The notes under the pieces: model-generated
Told to the model about the DNA's origin: nothing
Databases searched by the model: none
What the model saw: only the letters and a program-made list of their open reading frames with translations
Made by a program: the position numbers and the translations under genes
Source of the DNA: Dehalococcoidia bacterium
Lineage (GTDB): Bacteria; Chloroflexota; Dehalococcoidia; Dehalococcoidales; UBA1222
NCBI GenBank assembly: GCA_009776515.1
Contig: WRNP01000002.1
Coordinates: forward strand, 1-39,566
Direction of reading: 5' to 3'
DNA length: 39,566 nt
Shown: positions 18,035 to 25,003 of the stretch, one piece after another
How positions within the stretch are numbered: the first letter of the stretch is position 1
Layout of the letters: the number at the start of each line of letters is the position of its first letter

Positions 18035-18370
18035 CTAAAGCGTTATCGCCTGATCTACCCCTCCGACGCTACCGAGGGCACTGTACAGGTCGGGGAAGCA
18101 CCCGATGCCAGCTTTAGATACTAAGCTGTCGGCAATATTGCGCTGGTAACAACACTGGTCACAGCCCATCACCATCATGCCGGTTTTTTCCGCCAAGGCA
18201 TTAATGCGCTGCCCCAACGGGTTATTCTTCTCGATGAGCAAGGTGTTGTCAAACATAAAGAACATGCCGACCACGTTGGCACCATGACGATTATCCTCGA
18301 GTTGTGGCACGATCATCATCGCCAGAATATCAAACGACCTGGGGCTTTCAAAGATGTAAGCAACTTTCAC
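18035..18370 (-). CDS. DsrE/DsrF-like sulfur(selenium)-relay family protein
   Basis: 111 aa. MKVAYIF..., VVGMFFMFDN, MVMGCDQCCYQRNI and VDQAITL fit the DsrE-fold pattern. The gene diverges from the ABC/reductase operon. Confidence 0.55.
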   Translation of the reverse strand: MKVAYIFESPRSFDILAMMIVPQLEDNRHGANVVGMFFMFDNTLLIEKNNPLGQRINALAEKTGMMVMGCDQCCYQRNIADSLVSKAGIGCFPDLYSALGSVGGVDQAITL

Positions 18371-18424
18371 CGATACATTTTCCTTTCAATGTTTTATTTG
18401 CGATGCTTGTGCAAAGCTGCCTTG

Positions 18425-18454
18425 ATAATAGTGGTTCATAAGTTATTTTGTCAA
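18425..18454 (-). promoter_or_regulatory. candidate promoter of the DsrE-like gene
   Basis: On the minus strand: TTGACA (18454-18449), an 18-nt spacer, then TATTAT (18430-18425). It lies within an AT-rich 247-bp divergent region. Confidence 0.5.
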
Positions 18455-18476
18455 TATGGTTAAGTTCTGTTTATAG

Positions 18477-18486
18477 CATGCGCATG
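18477..18486. promoter_or_regulatory. perfect 10-bp palindrome CATGCGCATG between divergent promoters
   Basis: The sequence is self-complementary. It shares the 8-bp core ATGCGCAT with the palindrome at 210-219 upstream of arsR. Confidence 0.3.
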
Positions 18487-18529
18487 GGAAATTGGCCACT
18501 CTTTTGTCAGTAAAAAAACAATTTTTATA

Positions 18530-18558
18530 TTGACATTAAATATTCTTTATTGTATATT
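18530..18558 (+). promoter_or_regulatory. near-consensus sigma70 promoter of the 18.6-26.3 kb operon
   Basis: TTGACA (18530-18535), a 17-nt spacer, then TATATT (18553-18558). Confidence 0.6.
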
Positions 18559-18617
18559 CCTTATGGATTTGATAAGTAAAATTTAATAGCTGGGAATGCT
18601 CAAAGGATGGTGTTTCT

Positions 18618-19466
18618 ATGTCTCAGCTCTGCGTAGAAAGCGTAACCAAGGCTTATGCTAACAACAATAAGGAAAGGCATGTCGTTCTCAGAGATTTAAG
18701 TTTCGGCGTCAGAACGGGGGAGTTCGTATCGTTGCTTGGCCCATCGGGTTGCGGCAAGACAACCATCCTCCGCATCATCGCCGGCTTTTTGAAACCCACA
18801 AGCGGGCGGATTATGATCGGCGATGACGAAGTTACCCAACCCGGCCCTGACCGCGCTTTCGTTTTTCAATCTTATGGGCTGTTTCCCTGGATGACCATCA
18901 AGGCCAATATCCTTTACCCCATGCAGCAACAGAAGATGCCCCAACCAGAGCAGGAACAGCAACTTAACATGTTGCTGGCGTTAGCCAAATTGGAGGGCAA
19001 GGAGAAGCTTTATCCACACCAGCTTTCAGGCGGTATGCAGCAGAGAACAGCAGTAATTAGAGCGCTGGCCTGTCATCCCAAGGTACTCCTAATGGATGAG
19101 CCCCTGGGAGCAGTGGATATGCAGATGCGACACAAGTTGCAGGAGGACATGGAGCGTATCTTTATTGACAGCCCCGCCACCGTGGTCATGGTAACCCATG
19201 ATGTTGATGAGGCAGTGTTTATGAGCAACCGCATCTTGGTCATGTCCGACTGCGAAGGCAAGCTCGCCGGCGACCTGTCTATCCCCCTACCTCATCCTCG
19301 CAACCGCCACAGCCTAGAATATCAACAACTCGTGAGTAAGTTGGGCGACCTATTACAGAATATGCATCACGAAAAGGAAATCAGTGATTGGAACAATATA
19401 AAAAACATTATGGAGGAAATACCGATTGAAAGCAAAGCAGCCGACTGTTGCTGTAATGCCACATAA
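18618..19466 (+). CDS. ABC transporter ATP-binding protein, NitT/TauT (SsuB/TauB-like) family, with a Cys-rich C-terminal tail
   Basis: Walker A GPSGCGKTT, signature LSGGMQQRTAVIRAL and Walker B LLMDEPLGAVD are present. The C-terminus ends ...KAADCCCNAT. Confidence 0.9.
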   Translation: MSQLCVESVTKAYANNNKERHVVLRDLSFGVRTGEFVSLLGPSGCGKTTILRIIAGFLKPTSGRIMIGDDEVTQPGPDRAFVFQSYGLFPWMTIKANILYPMQQQKMPQPEQEQQLNMLLALAKLEGKEKLYPHQLSGGMQQRTAVIRALACHPKVLLMDEPLGAVDMQMRHKLQEDMERIFIDSPATVVMVTHDVDEAVFMSNRILVMSDCEGKLAGDLSIPLPHPRNRHSLEYQQLVSKLGDLLQNMHHEKEISDWNNIKNIMEEIPIESKAADCCCNAT

Positions 19467-19986
19467 TAGAGAGGGGTTCTGTGCACAGGGTAACCGCCCA
19501 AGAGCGCGGCTGAAGATTTGCCTGTTCGCTGTTAGCGCCTACTGTTTGATAATCGCGCTTATGTTAGCTGCTTGCGGCGGCACTTCCGACATACCACTAC
19601 TACCCGGCCTGCCAGAGGCTATTGCTTTTTGGCAAAAGCAGGCACCTGATGACGCATTGGTCTTATCCATCAGCGGCGATATCAACGGCGATCGGCGGCC
19701 TGATACTTTGATTATCTATCGGACACCGAGTGGGGAATGTCTGTTTATTGGCATACTTGACACCATAGATGGTTACCAACTAACAGACACCATCATGGCA
19801 CCGCTGGAAAACCAGGCGATGTTTATCCGCAATATTGGTGGCAACCAGTCTGTGGCAGTTTTCGTGTCGGGACAAAATGGAGATAAAGTAGGCCTTGGCT
19901 GCTTTCAGCTTATCGGAGCAGAGTGGATTAATCCGTTTGGCGGGGGAATTTTCGATGGCGATTATGCCGCTTGTTGCGGCTTATAA
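19456..19986 (+). CDS. hypothetical lipoprotein with an FG-GAP-like DxNGDxxxD motif
   Basis: The signal peptide has the lipobox LMLAAC. The motif ISGDINGDRRPD is present, and the C-terminus ends ...AACCGL. The start is uncertain (ATG 19456 or TTG 19426). Confidence 0.55.
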   Translation: MPHNREGFCAQGNRPRARLKICLFAVSAYCLIIALMLAACGGTSDIPLLPGLPEAIAFWQKQAPDDALVLSISGDINGDRRPDTLIIYRTPSGECLFIGILDTIDGYQLTDTIMAPLENQAMFIRNIGGNQSVAVFVSGQNGDKVGLGCFQLIGAEWINPFGGGIFDGDYAACCGL

Positions 19987-20232
19987 CGCTAAGTACCACT
20001 TGATGGAAGCGCTCATGCGCAATATAGACGCGGGATATTGGACTCGCTTGGCGTAAGTTGGGCGACTTACTCAAAATAGGTTGCCCGAAAAGAAAGGTGG
20101 TGCCCGGAACAATGCAGAAATTTCTTAATGTCAATACCGGTCGAGCGCAACAACGGCCGATTGTTGTTAAGGTGCCACATAAGTGTGGCATATCAAACAA
20201 AAATAAAATGTCTAACAGAAAGAGAGGCTATC

Positions 20233-21420
20233 ATGGGTACACCAAATAATGGCATCTATGCCAAGTCCGGCGGGTTATCACGCCGGGAATTTCTGAAAGA
20301 TGCCGGGCTCATTATCGGCGGTGCCGCTATAGGATCTATGACTTTCTTGAATTCCTGCAAAGGATCTGATGAGCCAACGGGCTCAAGCTCTGGTGTAACA
20401 ATGGATCCTTACACTGTCAATCTTCTTTACTACAATTGTGATCACATGACCCCTGGCCCCATTGGTTATGACCTTGGCATTTATCGTGAACTGGGTGTCA
20501 ACGTCAACATCAGCGGCAATGGCAATGTTCCAACCGCCTTCGCGGCCGGGCAGGGTGACATCGGCTATGTTGGAGTGGGTAACATTGAGATAGCTGCCGC
20601 TGGTGGTGCTCCGCTGACAGTGGTAGCCGACAATTTCCTAGGTGGCTCTTATTATTTGGTAGTCGCCAACAACATTGAATCTCCGGAGGAACTACTTGGC
20701 AAACGCCTAGCATTAGGAGACCGGCCAGAAATCAACAACTCCAGCTGGGTAGCGATGGCCAATGCTCTCGACCTGCCCATTGAGGGGGATAATTACCAGA
20801 CGTCCAGCATCTCCGGTGACTCCAACAAATTTCTGGCTTTGGCTGCCGGTCAGATTGACGGCTATACCTGCTGTGACCCCTGGGGGTCTATGGCAGTGTA
20901 CGAGAAAATAGGCAAGGCCATGGGTACTTTCCTTGACGTTTTACCCGGAAACCAAAAAGCCGATTGTTGCGGGCTGACCATGAATGATTCATTCATCAAA
21001 AACCACCGCGCGTTGGCCGTAAAAATGGTGCTAGGCCATACCCGGGCAATTGAAGCCATGTATATCCACCCCCTCAAGAGTGCGCTCAGTTTCGCTAAAA
21101 CCTATGGTGTGCCGCTTGAGGTAGCCATGATGACCGTCTACCGCAAGACCAATGGCGAAGGACGCATGATGACTTGGGATATGCACACTGAGCCGAATAT
21201 TGTAACCAGGCTCGATAACACTTTTAACTACTACAAAGACATAGGCATGACCCAGTACCAAACATTGGTTCCCGCCACAACATTCGTCGACTCAACACTA
21301 CTGGATGAATGTGGGGCCAACGATTTTAATACATTTATCACAACCCAGGTTGATCCGGTGTACCCGCTGGGCATGTCATACGATGACTGGTACAAAAAGG
21401 CTCTAGAGACGGATGTCTAG
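20233..21420 (+). CDS. Tat-signal lipoprotein, ABC substrate-binding protein (NMT1/SsuA/TauA-like)
   Basis: ATG 20233 follows AGAGAGG. It has the twin-arginine motif SRREFLKDAG and the lipobox FLNSC. The periplasmic-binding-fold sequence contains two vicinal Cys pairs (YTCCDPWG and KADCCGL). Confidence 0.8.
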   Translation: MGTPNNGIYAKSGGLSRREFLKDAGLIIGGAAIGSMTFLNSCKGSDEPTGSSSGVTMDPYTVNLLYYNCDHMTPGPIGYDLGIYRELGVNVNISGNGNVPTAFAAGQGDIGYVGVGNIEIAAAGGAPLTVVADNFLGGSYYLVVANNIESPEELLGKRLALGDRPEINNSSWVAMANALDLPIEGDNYQTSSISGDSNKFLALAAGQIDGYTCCDPWGSMAVYEKIGKAMGTFLDVLPGNQKADCCGLTMNDSFIKNHRALAVKMVLGHTRAIEAMYIHPLKSALSFAKTYGVPLEVAMMTVYRKTNGEGRMMTWDMHTEPNIVTRLDNTFNYYKDIGMTQYQTLVPATTFVDSTLLDECGANDFNTFITTQVDPVYPLGMSYDDWYKKALETDV

Positions 21421-21721
21421 CCTCAGGCACCTTGGGCAGCGAGCAATGACAGAAAGCGCAACGGGCAGCTTTTCTTCGAATTGCCATTATGCCAACTTCC
21501 GACTAGCTTTGGCGCGATGGGGAGGGCAATATGTCACGACCCGCCCGGTGCCTCTCTTGACGAAAGAGCGCCCTGGTCGCCTTTCTATACCATATACCAG
21601 CAATATCGTTTTCTGGAACTGGGCAACAAGTAAGCTAGCGACCACTTGTGATCTAGACTGCTGTGGCTTTGGACTGACCGGCAATCACATAGCAAGCCGT
21701 GAGCGCCAGGGAGGAGTGTGA
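21413..21721 (+). CDS. hypothetical 102-aa ORF filling the binding-protein/permease gap
   Basis: The ATG overlaps the upstream stop (ATGTCTAG), and the ORF fills the whole ~300-nt gap. It contains CDLDCCGFG. I recognise no domain and the composition is atypical, so it may be non-coding. Confidence 0.3.
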   Translation: MSSLRHLGQRAMTESATGSFSSNCHYANFRLALARWGGQYVTTRPVPLLTKERPGRLSIPYTSNIVFWNWATSKLATTCDLDCCGFGLTGNHIASRERQGGV

Positions 21722-21724
21722 TTC

Positions 21725-22567
21725 GTGGAATCAGAACCGCGTCCGGTTTTTAATGCCAGTGCAACATTTGAAAAGCTGAAAAATACGGTCCTCGTTGGCG
21801 ATCGCGGGCGCCGCTTTCCTCAGCTTCACTGGCTGATAACGTTAGGTGTGATTTTCATAATTTGGCAGATGGCAGCCATGCGTTTCAACAACAAACTGCT
21901 GATGCCAACTCCTTGGGCTACCATTCAAGCTCTGGCATCCGCCGTGCATGATGCCGAGATACTGCAAGGTCTTGTTTACACCATGAGGCGCATCCTCATC
22001 GGGTTCTTGCTCGCCTGTGCCATAGGTTTGCCCCTTGGCTTTGCCATGGGGTATTCCAGGACTTTTCTTAAGTTCCTTGACCCCATTATCAACTCCGTCC
22101 GCCTAATCCCGATGATGGCATGGGTTCCCTTGAGCATCGTATGGTTCGGCTTGGGAGATGGTCCTTCCGTTTTCATGATTACCTTGGTTGGTATCTTCCC
22201 CATCATGCTCAGCACCATCGCCGGTGTACACGAAATTTCCCCCGACTATTACCATGCCGCACGCAGTATGGGCGCTTCGCGGTGGGGCATTTTTCGCAAT
22301 GTCATTATGCCGGGGTCACTGCCCGGTATTTTAACAGGCCTGCGCCTGGCGCTGGGAAATGGGTGGATGGCCGTCATATGAGCGGAGTTCATTGCCACCC
22401 AGTTTGGGTTTGGCCACGCAATGGTTTGGTACCAAACACTGCTTCGGACTGACATGGTGATGGCGCTAATGATTATGGCAGGTATGATCGGCTTCACCAT
22501 CGACCGCAGTATGCTGTTTCTCAATCGCAAGGCATCCAAGTGGAAATATGTTCAGGCCGCTGAATAG
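21725..22567 (+). CDS. ABC transporter permease (TauC/SsuC-like) interrupted by an in-frame TGA at 22379-22381
   Basis: GTG 21725 lies 8 nt after GGGAGGAG. The same frame continues past the TGA as AEFIATQFGFGHAMVWYQTLLRTDMVMALMIMAGMIGFTIDR..., the expected C-terminal part of a BPD-type permease. Total length is 280 codons. Confidence 0.75.
22394..22414 (+). other. stem-loop 13 nt downstream of the TGA at 22379 (candidate SECIS-like element)
   Basis: GCCACCC (22394-22400) pairs with GGGT..GGC (22406-22414) with a 2-nt bulge; the loop is AGTTT. Folded by eye only. Confidence 0.2.
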
Positions 22568-22579
22568 GGAGGAAGCATC

Positions 22580-23776
22580 ATGATTAATCCGTCAACACTT
22601 GAAGAGTACACCCAGTTAAGGCCCACCAGTCTAGAGGCATTTGAAATGCTACGGCGTGACAATGCCTCTATCCTGCTCCGTGAAAAGGAAAAGGGCAAGC
22701 GCATCATCGGGGCATATTGCACCTATTTCCCCCGCGAATTGGCCCAGGCCATGGGGGCCATCTATGTCGGTTTATGCGGCACTATTGATGCCCCGATTGC
22801 CGCTGCAGAGAAAGATCTGCCGCGCAATCTATGCCCTCTGATCAAATCTTCATACGGACTAGCTATAACCGACCGCTGTCCCTATTTCGTCATGGCCGAC
22901 ATGATCATCGGTGAAACCACTTGCGACGGCAAGAAGAAGATGTTTGAATTACTCAGCGAAAAGGGCTTAAAAAACATCTACGTCATGCACTTGCCGCAAG
23001 TACCGGATGAACCATCGTCGCTGGCGCTGTGGATATCCGAGTTACGTCGCCTGAGGACGTATCTCGAAAGCACCTTTGGGGTCACCATCACCGACGAGTC
23101 GTTACGCGAAGCCATCCATCTCACCAACGAGGAGGCCCGTGCCCGCCAGGCTATGTTCGACCTCAATAAACGCAAGCCGGCGGTACTCTCTGGTATGGAT
23201 ATGGTCAACATCACTTTTCTGACCGGATTCCAAGCCGACCGCCAAGAATCGATCCGCATGGTAGATGCCGTTACAGCAGAACTAACGGAAAAAGCCAATA
23301 ATGGGTATGCGGTGGGCACGCTCTTAACCAAGCGCATCCTATTAACTGGCACCCCCGTAGGTATCGGAAACGAAAAGGTGGTAAAGCTGGTGGAAGAAGC
23401 TGGGGCGCTCATCGTCGCCAAGGAGACCTGCGGCGGCTACAAAACCGTTGGGTTGCGCATTGATGAAAACGACCCCCGTGATCCAATCGTGCTATTAGCC
23501 GAAAAATACCTCAAGATCCCATGTTCGGTGATGTCTCCAAACGGTGACCGCCTGGGGCTACTGGAACGCATGGTGAAAGACTTCCAAGTCGATGGCGTAA
23601 TAGACCTGACATGGCAGGCCTGCCACACCTATAATGTAGAATCTTACGCCGTCGCCAAACTTGTTGAAGAAAAGTTAAGGCTGCCGTTCCTGCACTTAGA
23701 AACGGACTATTCCCAGTCAGACACAGAAACGCTCAGGGTGCGCATTGAGGCGTTTTTGGAAACCATTAATAACTAA
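22580..23776 (+). CDS. 2-hydroxyacyl-CoA dehydratase / benzoyl-CoA reductase B/C-family protein (single-subunit, double-cubane-cluster-protein-like)
   Basis: 398 aa with the family's scattered Cys ligands (AYCTYFP, GLCGT, NLCPLIK, DRCPYF, ETTCDGKKK, ETCGGYK, IPCSV, QACHTYN). It is followed by a cognate activase. Confidence 0.8.
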   Translation: MINPSTLEEYTQLRPTSLEAFEMLRRDNASILLREKEKGKRIIGAYCTYFPRELAQAMGAIYVGLCGTIDAPIAAAEKDLPRNLCPLIKSSYGLAITDRCPYFVMADMIIGETTCDGKKKMFELLSEKGLKNIYVMHLPQVPDEPSSLALWISELRRLRTYLESTFGVTITDESLREAIHLTNEEARARQAMFDLNKRKPAVLSGMDMVNITFLTGFQADRQESIRMVDAVTAELTEKANNGYAVGTLLTKRILLTGTPVGIGNEKVVKLVEEAGALIVAKETCGGYKTVGLRIDENDPRDPIVLLAEKYLKIPCSVMSPNGDRLGLLERMVKDFQVDGVIDLTWQACHTYNVESYAVAKLVEEKLRLPFLHLETDYSQSDTETLRVRIEAFLETINN

Positions 23777-23787
23777 AACCTTGTAGC

Positions 23788-23865
23788 CGCTTAGTTTATC
23801 AGACACCATCATAGGCAATGATGTTTGCAGCTATTATGGTGTTGGCGCACCTGATAAGCTAAGCG
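23788..23865 (+). other. long intergenic hairpin (15-bp stem) inside the operon
   Basis: CGCTTAGTTTATCAG (23788-23802) pairs with CTGATAAGCTAAGCG (23851-23865). All 15 positions pair in plus-strand RNA, one as a G-U pair. The 48-nt interior has its own 7-bp helix, 23803-23809 with 23836-23842. Confidence 0.5.
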
Positions 23866-23956
23866 ACGGCCAATACTGGTTGCTGGTAGCTAAAAACGGC
23901 GCGCCGCACAGTATACTCAAAAAAAATATAGCGATCCTACATAACAAAGGCGGGTT

Positions 23957-24232
23957 ATGAATAATGCAGAGATAAAAAGATGGGCATACCATGGTGACAG
24001 CATCATAATTTTCACTGAGCCATACGAAACCATCAGGGCTAATAAGCTACTACAGTCCTTTGGATTAGATGCCAAAATCGTATCACCGCACCCAAAATTG
24101 AGAATGGGCTGCTGTGCGCTGGGGCTGGAAATCAGCCTAACACAAAAAGCAGACATTGAACTTCTTTTTAAAAACCATGATATTGGTTATCACCAAATAA
24201 TAGAAAACCACGCAATGGGACACGGATCTTAG
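23957..24232 (+). CDS. DUF3343-family small protein (Pfam family annotated, from memory, as putative Se/S carrier-like)
   Basis: 91 aa. IIIFTEPYETIRANKLLQSFGLDAKIVSPHPKLRMGCCALGLEI fits the DUF3343 pattern, with its conserved Cys-Gly-type loop here as GCC. Confidence 0.6.
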   Translation: MNNAEIKRWAYHGDSIIIFTEPYETIRANKLLQSFGLDAKIVSPHPKLRMGCCALGLEISLTQKADIELLFKNHDIGYHQIIENHAMGHGS

Positions 24233-25003
24233 ATGCTTGTCTCAGGATTGGACGTGGGATCGCGCACCATCGCCCTGGTCGAATGGGATGGTGTCCAGGT
24301 GGTGCGAGAGGAGGTTGTCTTCACCGGCACCAGCCCGCTGGAAAATTCTCAAAAACTCACCAGGGGACGGCACTACGATCGTATGATAGCCACGGGCTAC
24401 GGTCGTCACTTCATCACCGAACATAGCTTGGCAGACGGCGTCATAACCGAAATCAAAGCCTATGCCCTGGGTGCCAAACAGCTTTTTCCCGATGCCCACA
24501 CCGTACTAGATATCGGCGGGCAAGATAGTAAAGTCATCCTGATGAGTGGCAACGGCAACGTTATCAAGTTTGAAATGAATGACCGCTGCGCTGCTGGCAC
24601 AGGGCGATTCTTGGAGAACATGGCTTCTGCTCTCGGCCTGAGCGTTGCGGAGTTGGGGGTCCACGCATTGCGTGCCGAGAAAAGTATCCCCCTTTCCAGC
24701 ATGTGCACCGTTTTCGCCGAAAGCGAAGTCGTTTCACTGATTGGGCAAGGCGCAGACAGCCACTGTGTGGCGCTTGGTATTCATGAGGCTATTGTTAACC
24801 GGATTAATGCAGTCGTACAAAGAGTCGGAATAAATCCTAGTTTCGTATTCGCCGGAGGGGTGGCTTACAACCCATGCATGCGCAAGTTGTTGGCCGAAAA
24901 ACTATGCCCTGAAATAAATGTCCCGTCCGACCCCCAGACCGTGGGCGCACTGGGGGCAGCTATCCAAGCACAAAACGATCTGCAGAAAGGACAGGCGTCA
25001 TGA
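24233..25003 (+). CDS. BcrA/BcrD/HgdC-type ATPase activase (CoA-substrate-specific enzyme activase family)
   Basis: It has the acetate/sugar-kinase-fold motifs GLDVGSRT and LDIGGQDSKV, and the two cluster-bridging cysteines NDRCAAGTG and SSMCTVFAES. It starts directly after the upstream stop and overlaps the next gene in an ATGA junction. Confidence 0.9.
   Translation: MLVSGLDVGSRTIALVEWDGVQVVREEVVFTGTSPLENSQKLTRGRHYDRMIATGYGRHFITEHSLADGVITEIKAYALGAKQLFPDAHTVLDIGGQDSKVILMSGNGNVIKFEMNDRCAAGTGRFLENMASALGLSVAELGVHALRAEKSIPLSSMCTVFAESEVVSLIGQGADSHCVALGIHEAIVNRINAVVQRVGINPSFVFAGGVAYNPCMRKLLAEKLCPEINVPSDPQTVGALGAAIQAQNDLQKGQAS

Noticed and set aside
21719-21748. The TGA at 21719, followed by a small hairpin (21735-21748), read as a fourth Sec codon fusing the 102-aa ORF to the permease.
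   Set aside because: A strong RBS and a GTG at 21725 give a full-length permease on their own. The hairpin is only 5 bp. Finding it also shows that my by-eye SECIS-like hairpins have low specificity.
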